Below are positions 19,964 to 29,275 of a stretch of 64,000 nt of DNA, in pieces. This stretch comes from Alphaproteobacteria bacterium. Its GTDB lineage: Bacteria > Pseudomonadota > Alphaproteobacteria > SP197. The notes under the pieces are model-generated. The model saw only the letters and a program-made list of their open reading frames with translations. It did no database searches and was not told the DNA's origin. A program made the position numbers and the translations under genes. The stretch spans positions 96,001-160,000 of the forward strand of contig OZ219917.1 of the NCBI GenBank assembly GCA_964291415.2, written 5' to 3'. How positions within the stretch are numbered: the first letter of the stretch is position 1; every line of letters begins with the position of its first letter.

Positions 19964-22172
19964 CTGATGGCAAGATCTGTGCTGCACATCGGCAACGCCG
20001 TGCCCTCGTGTACGTCCGCCACGTCCTCGCCGTCCCAGGTCGAGAACAACCGCGAGTCGACCCGGCGCCAGTACGCCCTGGCCGATCGCGCCCGTGATCT
20101 GGGGTGGCACTCCGACCGGATCACGATCGTCGACGAGGACCTCGGCCTCTCGGGCGCCACTGCCGAAGGACGCAGCGGCTTCGCGCGCATGACCGCCGAA
20201 GTGGCCCTCGGCCAGGTCGGGCTCCTGCTCGGGCTCGAGGTGTCGAGACTCGCCCGCAACAACGCCGACTGGTACAGACTGCTTGACCTGTGCGGATTGA
20301 CCGACACCCTGATCGGCGACGCCGACGGCATCTATCATCCCGGCCTGTTCAACGACAGACTCGTCCTGGGACTGAAGGGCACCATGAGCGAGGCGGAGCT
20401 TCATATCCTGCGAGCACGGCTCGATGGCGGAATCCGCAACAAGGCGGCGCGCGGTGAGCTCTACCGAGGACAGCCCATCGGATACATCCGGGGCGAGGCC
20501 GGCGCCGAGATCCTTCTCGACCCCAATGAGGAGGTTCAGGCCGCGATCCGCGCCGTGTTCGAACGATTCGCCGAGTTCGGATCGGCACGCCGGGTGTGGC
20601 GCTGGTTCGTGATGGAGAAGCTGCACTTTCCCCACCGCTTCCACCGCCATGCCGAGCTTCGCTGGGAACCGCCCGCCTATCACACCATCCATGAAGTGCT
20701 GACCAATCCGGTCTATGCCGGCGCCTACGCTTACGGCAAGTCGCGGCGTGAGCGCCATGTCGACGAGAACGGCATCGTGCGCACGCGCATCCGCAGGCTG
20801 CCCCGCTCCGAATGGCAGGTACTGATCCACGACCATCATCCCGCCTATATCGACTGGTCCACCCACGAAGCCATTCTCGAGCGCCTGTCGCGCAACACCC
20901 GGCCGCTGTCGCATGGCGCGGGCAAGGGAGCGGTGCGTGAGGGAACGGCCTTGCTGCAGGGTCTCGGCATCTGTGGCGAGTGCGGGCGCCGCCTGGCGAC
21001 CCACTACACCGGCCGGACCTCCTCGCCCGGATATCATTGCAGGGGCAAGGAGCTGGTCGAGGCGCGGCGCTCCCTGTGCTTGCATGTGGGGGCCGTGCAG
21101 ATCGACCAGGCGGTCGCCAAGGCCGTCCTGGAGGCGATCCGACCGGCCGGCATCAAGGCCGCCTTGCAGGCGGTCGAGCGCATCGAGGCGGACTACGATC
21201 AGGCGCTCAAGCAATGGGGGCTCACCGTCGAGCGAGCACGTTACGAGGCCGAGAAGGCCGAGCGCCGGTATCGCGCTGTCGAGCCCGAACATCGTCTCGT
21301 CGCCCGCGGGCTGGAACGGGAATGGGAGCAGTGTCTGAACGCACTCGAAGAAGCGCAGAATGAGATGGAGCGGCGTCATCGCGACCGGCCGCGCCAACTC
21401 GATGCCGCCGAGCGCGATTCGCTCCTGGCCCTCGGCGAGGATCTCCAGCGCGCCTGGGATGCGCCCACGACGACGGCTCGCGACAGGAAGGAGCTGCTGC
21501 GCACGGTGCTCGATGAGGTCATCGTTCTTGCCCCGCGCGGCGAGTATCATATCCACCTGACACTGCGCTGGCGGACCGGGTTGTTGACCGAGATCGAACT
21601 CGAGCGCCCGCGCAAACGACGGGCGGCGGTCCGCACCGACGACGACATCATCGATCTGGTCCGCCGCCTCGCTCAGTTCCATTCCGATGCGGTGATCGCC
21701 GCCATACTCAATCGCCAGGGCAAGACAACCGCCTACGGGCATCCCTTCAATGTCCATCGCGTCGGCAATCTCCGCCGGCACTGGAGCATTCCGTGCTTCG
21801 ATCCAGCGACCGCGGCCACCGATGGCGAGCTGGTCAACATCGCCCAGGCGGCGAAGATACGTCGGCATCGCAACCTCGACGGTGCATCGATGGCTCAATG
21901 ACGGCTTCATCGACGGTGAGCAAGTCACGCCGGGAGCCCCGTGGCGCATCCGCATCACGGACGCGTTCCGTCCCAGGCTCATGGAAGAGGCGCCGCCCGG
22001 CTACGTCCCGATGATCGAGGCCATGCAGCGTCTCGGTGTGACCCGTCAGACCGTGTTGCAACGTGTAAAGCGTGGCGAACTCGACGCCATCCATGTCCGC
22101 GCCGGAAGAAAAAAGGCTCTACGTATCAGGGTTGTAGACGATAAGCCGGACCTCTTCGGTCACTCCGCATAA
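19960..22172 (+). CDS. Large serine recombinase (resolvase, recombinase, Zn ribbon, C-terminal HTHs); +1 frameshifts near 20021 and 21861
   Basis: After removing one base each: ALVYVRQSSPSQV, DEDLGLSG, EVSRLARN, LTNPVYAG, CGECG, AAKILGIATSTVHRW, LGVTRQTVLQRVKRG. Confidence 0.9.
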
Positions 22173-22193
22173 GCTGGGGGACACGTATGACAA

Positions 22194-22842
22194 TGTCGAA
22201 GAATCCGCTGATATCCGCGTCCAGCACCCAGTTGACCTTGCGCCGCTCAATCCCGACCGTGACCGCGTCGAGCGCATCGTGCGCCCCGCGCCCCGGGCGG
22301 AACCCATAGCTGAAGCCGAGGAACTCCGTCTCGAAGATCGGCACCAGGATCGTGTCTGTCACCGCGCGCTGGACGATCTTGTCCTCCAGCGCGGCGATGC
22401 CGAGCGGTCGTTGCCCACCGTCCTCTTTGGGAATGTAGACCCGCCGTGACGGCAGCGCCCGGTACGCTCCCCTATGCAGGCGGCCCTGCAGGTCGCTCAG
22501 GCGACCGTCCAGACCGTCCGCGTAGTGGGCCCACGTCACGCCGTCGACCCCGGCCGCCGCGTCCTTCCTCAACGAGTGGAACGCGTCGCTCAGGGCCTCT
22601 GTCGTGATGTGGTGGAGGAGCGCAACAAGACGCTCTCCCGGGTTCCTCTTGGCTGCTGCCCGTATCCGGTCCGCCGCCTGTGGCACGCTTTCCCGCTTCT
22701 GGGCACGGCGCGTGGCGCGACTTTCCGGCTTCCCCTCAGGTCCGGCCCTTCGCTCCACGAGCTCCGCCGGCGCCAAGGCGCCTTTGTTCGCTCGCTTCAT
22801 CGCTACTATGGCCGAATCCGACTTCTCCAAATCGTTCGTCAT
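22194..22842 (-). pseudogene. ltrA: Intron A RT/maturase, N-terminal half
   Basis: AAGVDG, RRVYIPK.DG..RPLGI, EDKIVQ, SYGFRPGRGAHDAL, WVLDADISGFFD. Confidence 0.92.
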
Positions 22843-23193
22843 CAGTTACGGACTTCTCCTTTCATCAGCGGCCCCGTACGACACGGGGCGACTTGGAGAC
22901 CTCCCGGGTCCCGGCAGAAGGCGTGCATACGTGCCTGGGTTCTCAGACGCCGCGGAGCCGGCTCGACCCTCGTCCTGTCGGTCCGAGCCGTGTTGCCTTC
23001 GACCCCTAGGACGGTCTCGGCACTCCGAACTTGGGATTTCGGCGCTCAATAGCCCCGCCCGCATACCCCGCTACCGACGCTTCACCGACAGCCTCACGAC
23101 TGCCCGCGCACGGCTCGCGGAGAAGGTTGGCTGACTAGGCCTTACCTCCAGCGGACTTTCACCGCCTCCCTTCTGCCAGTTGGCCCGGCACTC

Positions 23194-23493
23194 CCCAGGT
23201 CCCGGTGGACTGCTTCGGCGCGTGCCATGGTTCTTTGACCCCGCGGAGCCCCTCGTCACCTCACCAAAACGACTCAACGGGTGTTGCCTTCGGCTCACGG
23301 GACGGCCTCGGCACTCCAGATCACTAGCTTTTCGGGTCTCGATAGCCCGGCCCACGCTTGCCCCCCCAACGCTTCGCCTGCCGCCTCGCGACGACCGACG
23401 CATGGTTTGCGGGGAAAGTGGTTGGTTGAGCTCTGTTTCTGCTTCTGCCAGGACATTCACCCGGCAACATTCCCACCAGTTTGCCTGGCGCAC
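23194..23493 (-). mobile_element. 5' (domain I) fragment of an outer group II intron hosting intron A
   Basis: Starts GTGCGCCAGGCAAACTGG; carries the same DI motifs as introns A and B (GAAGCGT, GAGTGCCGAG...GAAGGCAACAC, CTCCGCGG, CCGGGACCTGGG); no matching 3' part found. Confidence 0.78.
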
Positions 23494-23571
23494 CCCCCTT
23501 GTGCGTCCCCTTGCAATGCAATGACGCGGTGGTCATACTTTCATTCATCACCGATCAACGGGAGGAATGAG

Positions 23572-23856
23572 ATGAAACATTGGCTTATCGCAATCTGTGC
23601 TGGGATGTTCACATTCGGAAGCGCTGCCATGGCGGATGACATGATGGACTGCGCATTGTCCTACGATGTCTATGAAATGAGTGTGCCCCATACCGATCTT
23701 GAGGCATGCCCTGATGCAGTGGCCGCCGAGGGCCTGTTCTGCCGCCTCTCGGTCGTCGCGGAGGTAGCGACCATCTTCGCGTTTGACGAGGAAAGTGGCT
23801 GTCTTGTCAGCGCCGCATCATTCGAAGAGGACGAGTTCACCATCACAATTCACTAG
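23572..23856 (+). CDS. Small acidic secreted protein with four Cys in the mature part
   Basis: GGAGG RBS, signal MKHWLIAICAGMFTFGSAAMA, 94 aa. Confidence 0.75.
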   Translation: MKHWLIAICAGMFTFGSAAMADDMMDCALSYDVYEMSVPHTDLEACPDAVAAEGLFCRLSVVAEVATIFAFDEESGCLVSAASFEEDEFTITIH

Positions 23857-23917
23857 GCTCTTACGAGGGGCGGGTGGCCGCCACGCGTGGCCCCCGCCTC
23901 AAAGCGGGGAAAGCGCC

Positions 23918-24331
23918 ATGCGAAATACTATCCTGCTGACCGGTGCTTTAGCACTGGTCATGGCTGCGTCGATGAGCGCGGCATTCACGCCGGGCGATCC
24001 TGTTCGGGGCCAGACTGTTTTCAAAAAGTGTAGTTCCTGCCACTCGGTTGAGGAAGGGAAGAACCGTCCCACAGGGCCGAATCTCTTGGGCGTTTTTGGC
24101 CGCCAGGCCGGCATCGTTGAGTTCCGCTTCAGCGAGAGCCTCGTGGAGGCTGGAGCGGCAGGCCTTGTCTGGACACCGGAACTAATGAACGCCTACATCA
24201 CCGATCCGAAACAATTCCTGAAGGACACGCTTGGCGTATCCAAGGTACGCAACAAGATGAAGTACAAGATGCGGAAAGAAGAGGACCGCGCTGACGTGAT
24301 CGCCTTCCTGATGTCCCTTCAGGAAGAGTAA
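23918..24331 (+). CDS. Second cytochrome c2-like protein
   Basis: CSSCH; closely similar to 1593-2012 (AFTPGD.VRG, GPNLLG.FGRQAG, AGLVWTPEL, VRNKM, DRADVIA). Confidence 0.92.
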   Translation: MRNTILLTGALALVMAASMSAAFTPGDPVRGQTVFKKCSSCHSVEEGKNRPTGPNLLGVFGRQAGIVEFRFSESLVEAGAAGLVWTPELMNAYITDPKQFLKDTLGVSKVRNKMKYKMRKEEDRADVIAFLMSLQEE

Positions 24332-25186
24332 AAAGGGGCGTTGCAGAATGCTGATGGTGCTCGGACAACGACCGACAACCTATGCAAGCGTGAGTATCTC
24401 CAGATCTTTCCTACCGGCATGTTGTCCAGAGACAGAAGGGACAAAAATGTGATTCGGGCCATGAGTTGCGCACTGATAACATGTCGCACCATCAGGAAGA
24501 TTGCTGCGACGACACTGCGGGAACAAACCGAGATGCGTGCTGAGACTGAATCACAGGCGAGTTTCCCAGTTGTGCGACGAGAATGCTCCAAGTCCAACGT
24601 CTAGCCCGCTTTGGGGTGACCTCCGTTGGTTGCCACGGTCACCCGTCTTCCGTAATGGGGCGTTCGCCGTCAAACGCGATTTGTCGCATGGTTGTCTCCT
24701 AGACACCAAATTGCGCGGGAGGTTGGCCCCGACCGGCGCCGGGGTCAATAGGGCCGAACGAAGGGCTGAAACGGTTGCCTCCCATATGCTCCGCTCAACG
24801 GTAACGGTGATTGTGCTGTCGCCGCAGAGGTTCTGCGCATTCGCCTCGATTGCCACCGGGAACGTGCTCCCCGACCACGCGGGGATGAACCAACGTCCGT
24901 GATGCGGGCCCGGACTGCCGCAGCGAGCGACCCACGGCGGACCGGTGGAACCCCATGGCTGCCATGCGCCTCTGCCCGTCTATCCAGGGGTGCCTTTCGC
25001 TGCCGGTATCGGGTACAGTTGCTCTCGAACGAAAGTGCCGATGAGGGAGACTCCACGGCGGGGAGGCGGCACGCTCCTGTCGCACGAGAGGAAACATCCC
25101 CATGGCGCCGAGCCGCCCCCCGGTCGCTCTGTCGCAACCGCTTCCCACCAACACCGCACCTGCGGTCACTTAGTCGCGGTAGGGAT

Positions 25187-25530
25187 CCAGCCAGCCAGAT
25201 GCTGTCGGCCACATCCGTTTTGCGTCCCTTGATCTGCTTGACGTGCTGGGCATGGACCAGCACAGGCTTGATGCCGGCGTCCTCGAGAGCCTGGAAGGGC
25301 GCCTCCCAGTAGATGCCGGTGCCCTCCATCACGGCGGCGCTCACCCGATGCTCCTGGAGCCAGCGCACCATCCCGGCAAGGCCCTTGGGGAAGGCGCTGA
25401 ACTGCCGGGTCTCGACAACCGCCTCCTTGCCGGGCTGTGCGATCCTCACGCTCGCCGTGATCTCGACCTTGTGGATGTCAAGACCGGCCGCACGCTCATG
25501 GATGACATTGAGATGATCGTTTTCTACCAT
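25187..25530 (-). pseudogene. IS110-family recombinase N-terminal RuvC/DEDD domain (frame stays open into unrelated sequence to 24745)
   Basis: AGLDIHK, VMEGTGIYW, HVKQIKGRKTDVADSIWLA; GGAGG RBS. Confidence 0.88.
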
Positions 25531-26001
25531 GACGCTTCCTCCGTCTGTTGGGGGTGGCGGAAGCGGGAGACCTCCGGACAGCTGACAGATATCGATGGCG
25601 ACATCGTGCGTTTTGCTGTTCGTCCACGGATTGAACCGGGTACTTCGCGGGGTGCGAACCGTCAGTCTGGGACAGTTTGTTAACGGGCATGAAGCCTCGA
25701 AATTAAAGCGTCCACGAGCCCGCTTCCGCCGTGAGTGTGTTGCACTCAAGGCAGGCGGACAATACGCGCCCGACTCCGAGCAGGCCTGTTACATCAACAC
25801 GCCGGGTGTGCCTGAAACGACAGGATCATGGCAGTTTGTTTGTCCACATGCGGTCCGGTGTTCCGACATTCCGGTTTCTGCGCCCTGTGGCCAGGGGGAC
25901 GTGCAGCTCGTGATCCAGGAAGCATGAGTGGGCTGCCTTCCCTTGATCACGGTAACGTGACCTGACGTGAGGGCGCCGGGCGGTGCTGTGACCACGTTCA
26001 T

Positions 26002-26015
26002 CGGTAACGTTACCG
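26002..26015. repeat. 14-bp perfect palindrome CGGTAACGTTACCG, with a variant CGGTAACGTGACC at 25950-25962
   Basis: Read directly from the sequence. Confidence 0.8.
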
Positions 26016-26036
26016 CGTACAATGGGATCCCAGGTC

Positions 26037-26327
26037 TCATGTGTCCCGTCCGTAGCCGCGCGGTGGCTCGATCTCCTCGAGGGCCTCGATGTCGGCCTCG
26101 ACGATGATTTGCAGGCGCTCTCCATAGGCCGTGTCATGCAGGGGGTCCGGGAGCCTGTCGAGACAGTCCCGATAGTGCTCCTGCAGTGCGCCGAGTTCGG
26201 CCACCGCATCGCGCCAGCGTTGGGCACGGGAGCGCCGGTCGCGGGGCTTGCGGGTGCGCACGGGAGGGTTGCCGGCCTTGAGCCGTTCCCGATAACGTCG
26301 CTGTTTCTCTGCAGGCGTGAGGGCCAT
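26037..26327 (-). CDS. 96-aa hypothetical protein, basic N-terminus and acidic helical C-terminus
   Basis: AAGGAG RBS overlapping the upstream stop; MALTPAEKQRRYRER...RSRAQRWRDAVAEL...IEPPRGYGRD. Confidence 0.8.
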   Translation of the reverse strand: MALTPAEKQRRYRERLKAGNPPVRTRKPRDRRSRAQRWRDAVAELGALQEHYRDCLDRLPDPLHDTAYGERLQIIVEADIEALEEIEPPRGYGRDT

Positions 26328-26340
26328 GAGGGAGTCTCCT

Positions 26341-28509
26341 TCACGCCGGCAACCGTGCCGGTGCTTCGGGCGACCAGCAGCGCTGTTCCCGCAGCAGGGC
26401 GTTCGCCAGCACGATGAGTTTGCGCATGAGGGCGACGATCGCCACCTTGTGGGCCTTGCCGGCGGCCTTGAGGCGTTCGAACACGCTTGCGAGATCCTGG
26501 TTGCAGCGTGATGCCGTGGTGGCGGCCATGAACAGGAGATCGCGTGGCCTGCGGCGCCCGCCGCGAATGTGCCGGGTGCCGTGGTGCTGGCCGCTGTCGT
26601 CGGCAACCGGCGCCACTCCGATCAACGCCGCCGCCTGGCGACCCTCGAGACTGCCGAGTTCGGGCATCCAGCAAAGAAGGGCGGCGGCGGTCACCGGACC
26701 GACGCCGGGGATCGAGATCAGGATGCCGTACTTCTCGGCCTGCTCGGGATCACCGGCGATCACCGCTTCGATCGCCGCATCCAGTGCGGCAATCCTCTCG
26801 TCGAGATCGGCGACCGTGGCCCGTGTGAGGGTCTCGCCCTCGCCGTCCACCTCACCCGCCACCTGCCTCAGCATCTTGCGTGCATCGACATGCCTGGCGC
26901 GCACCACCAGGAGGTCCTCCAGGCGGTTGAGGAACGCCTCCTGGGGAGCCACGGGCTCAAGGTCGTCGAGCACCGTCCCGAGCCTGGCCAGCATCAACGC
27001 GTCGACGCGGTCGGTTTTGGCCAGATGGCCCAGCGCCTCGGCGAAGCGCCGGGTCGGCCATGGATGGCGGATACGCAGCTGCGGCCAGAACGCACGCGCC
27101 AGAGAACCAACGGTGGCCAAAGTGGCACGATCCATTTGGGACCGACGCCGCAGCACACGGCACCAGATCTTTAGAAGTCGCCGCACGAACCGCTTGAGGG
27201 ACAGGAAGCTGGTGGAGACGGCATAGTAGCCGAGCCAACCATCAACGACCCTTCCGAGCCATTTGGCCACTTCATACCGGTTGTGGTGCATGCGGTGGCG
27301 CAGAACCGTCCGGAGACGAGCCAGGGTTCGGGTGACCCGTTGCCTGGCCGGCTTGCGCCCCAACCCGAAGCCTCCGCTCCGCGTGGTTCGGCAGCAATGC
27401 GTGAACCCGAGGAAGTCGAAGGTTTCGGGACGCCGTTCCCCTCGTGCCCGACGGTTCGCCATGGCGAACTTTCCGAACTCGAGGAGACGGGTCTTGGCAG
27501 GGTGAAGTTCCAGCGAGAACCGAGCCAGTCGTTCCTTCAGATCGTCGAGGAACCGTTCCGCGTCCTGCCGATGCTGGAATCCGACCACGAAGTCATCGCC
27601 GTATCGCACGATGAACGTGACACCACGGGCTGTCTGGGTGCGCCACTTCTTCTGGAACCAGAGGTCGAGGGCGTAGTGGAGGTAGATGTTCGCCAGAATC
27701 GGCGAGACGACCGAACCCTGCGGAGTGCCCCGCAGGTTGTCCCTCCATTCACCCTCGTCCATGGCACCGGCATGGAGCCACTTGGCGATCAGCCGGATGA
27801 CCCGTCTGTCACCAATGCGGTGTTCCAGGAACCGGAGAAGACATCGTCGGTCAATTCGGTCAAAGTAGGACCGAATGTCCGCGTCAAGGATCCAGTTGAT
27901 GGAGCACCGTTCTATCCCGTAGGCCAGAGCATCGAGCGCGTCATGCGCCCCGCGCCCCGGTCGGAACCCATAGCTGAACCCGAGGAACTCCGGCTCCCAG
28001 ATTGGCTCAAGGATGGTCTCGACCACCGCCTTCTGGACGATCTTGTCCTCCAGCGCAGCGATGCCAAGCGGTCGTGTCCCCCCGTCCGGCTTCGGGATGT
28101 TCACCCGTCGGGACGGGAGCGCTCGGTACGCGCCGCTGTGAACACGGTCATGCAGGGCGAGCAGACGCTCGTTCAGTCCATGTCCGTATTCGTGCCACGT
28201 CACCCCGTCCACCCCTGCCGCCGCGTCCTTCTTCAACGAGAAGTAGGCAGCGCCGAGAGCGTCCGTCGTGATGTGGTGCAACAGCGCAGTGAGCCTCTCC
28301 TTCGGAGTCCTCGTGGCCCTTTGCCGTATCCGCTCCGCCGCCTGTGACATGCGAGCCCGGCCCTGTGTCCGGTGCATGCTTTGGTGTCGCGGATTCCTCT
28401 TGGTTTCGGCCCTTCGCTCCATCGCCTCCGCCAGAGCCTCGGTTCCCTTGTTCGGCGACTTCACAGCTACTATGCCCGAATCCGATTGCTTCAACTCGTC
28501 CATCTTCAT
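26341..28509 (-). CDS. In-frame fusion of group II intron RT/maturase and the C-terminal half of an IS110 recombinase (722 aa)
   Basis: RT motifs through GTPQG, RYGDDF, IRHPWP, then RRFAEALGHLAKTDRVDA, SIPGVGPVTAA, GVAPVADDSG, RHIRGGR, KAHKVAIVALMRKL. Confidence 0.9.
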   Translation of the reverse strand: MKMDELKQSDSGIVAVKSPNKGTEALAEAMERRAETKRNPRHQSMHRTQGRARMSQAAERIRQRATRTPKERLTALLHHITTDALGAAYFSLKKDAAAGVDGVTWHEYGHGLNERLLALHDRVHSGAYRALPSRRVNIPKPDGGTRPLGIAALEDKIVQKAVVETILEPIWEPEFLGFSYGFRPGRGAHDALDALAYGIERCSINWILDADIRSYFDRIDRRCLLRFLEHRIGDRRVIRLIAKWLHAGAMDEGEWRDNLRGTPQGSVVSPILANIYLHYALDLWFQKKWRTQTARGVTFIVRYGDDFVVGFQHRQDAERFLDDLKERLARFSLELHPAKTRLLEFGKFAMANRRARGERRPETFDFLGFTHCCRTTRSGGFGLGRKPARQRVTRTLARLRTVLRHRMHHNRYEVAKWLGRVVDGWLGYYAVSTSFLSLKRFVRRLLKIWCRVLRRRSQMDRATLATVGSLARAFWPQLRIRHPWPTRRFAEALGHLAKTDRVDALMLARLGTVLDDLEPVAPQEAFLNRLEDLLVVRARHVDARKMLRQVAGEVDGEGETLTRATVADLDERIAALDAAIEAVIAGDPEQAEKYGILISIPGVGPVTAAALLCWMPELGSLEGRQAAALIGVAPVADDSGQHHGTRHIRGGRRRPRDLLFMAATTASRCNQDLASVFERLKAAGKAHKVAIVALMRKLIVLANALLREQRCWSPEAPARLPA

Positions 28510-28862
28510 TTCGGATCGTTTCCTTCCTTCCGCGGCCCCGGTACGACAACCGGGGCAAGTTGAAGCCCTCCCGAGTCCCGGTGCAGGGGTGTACGTGCGT
28601 CCCTGGATTCCTCTGACACCGCAGAGCCCGGTCTGTCCTCACCAAAGCGGACATGCCGGTGTGGCCTTCGGCAGATATCAGTGCCTCGGCACTCTGGAAC
28701 TTAACCTTTACGGTGCTCAATCATCCCGGCCACACGCACCGCTACCGACGCTTCGGCCGTGCCCTCACAGGCGCGTCCGCACGGCTCGCGGTGGAAGTGG
28801 AGGTTACCCTTTCTTCCCGTCGGACTTTCACCGACTCCCCTGCGCCAGTTAGCTCGGCGCAC

Positions 28863-28977
28863 GACATCATGGATTGACCATGACCTGCCCTCCTCGATGT
28901 GGCTCTGTACTCACGGGTTCCTGACCTCGAGCATAACCCACGATCCTCGAGGCCAGGGCAGGTCAATCCATGATGTC
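28863..28977. repeat. 115-bp palindromic MITE/REP-like element; target of intron B
   Basis: 17-bp perfect terminal IR GACATCATGGATTGACC / GGTCAATCCATGATGTC, plus inner IRs TGCCCT/AGGGCA and CCTCGA/TCGAGG. Confidence 0.85.
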
Positions 28978-29275
28978 TGACCGGAATGTTCTGTCGGGTC
29001 CGAAAGAGCCTACGGATGTCGTCCGCGATGACGGCGGGCATTATCGATGCCCTGGGGAACATGCGGCGGATCGCCGGCTGATCTGATCGACGGGAGGGTC
29101 CGAAGCTCAACCGGTCCGTGACCTGTCGCGTGCGCCACAATTCAAATTGAGCACCACCCGACCGCCTTGCGGTTTGACAAACAGGTCCGGGCCCCGAAGG
29201 GTTCGCCCGATCATGCGCGGGCCGGAATGCCGGTCCGGCGTACCAGGAAACATGCCCACGAGCCGGGGAATCGGG

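Larger units (their letters stand above)
19481..22201 (+). mobile_element. Three-gene large serine recombinase element (Y4bA/Y4bD-like) inserted in the RT gene
   Basis: Bounded by direct TGTCGAAG at 19481-19488 and 22194-22201; removing it restores the RT frame DADISGFFDNLGRDHL. Confidence 0.92.
18574..23193 (-). mobile_element. Group II intron A (class E-like), RT interrupted by a serine-recombinase element
   Basis: 5' end GAGTGCCGGGCCAACTGG at 23193 aligns with intron B's GTGCGCCGAGCTAACTGG. D5 GAGCCGGATGCG...CGTCCGGATCTG and D6 ending CCCTACCGCGAT at 18574 follow the RT stop. Confidence 0.88.
25173..28862 (-). mobile_element. Group II intron B, rearranged: D5 and most of D6 replaced by IS110-derived DNA
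   Basis: 5' GTGCG at 28862; EBS1 loop GATATC pairs with exon GATGTC; terminal TCCCTACCGCGAC at 25185-25173. Confidence 0.75.

Noticed and set aside
24332-25172. Short ORFs between cytochrome c and the intron B 3' end
   Set aside because: No recognisable motifs or convincing RBS; left unannotated.
27580-27620. YGDD instead of YADD as a sign of a novel RT class
   Set aside because: All other motifs match intron A's RT and intron RNA domains are present upstream; this is a single substitution.
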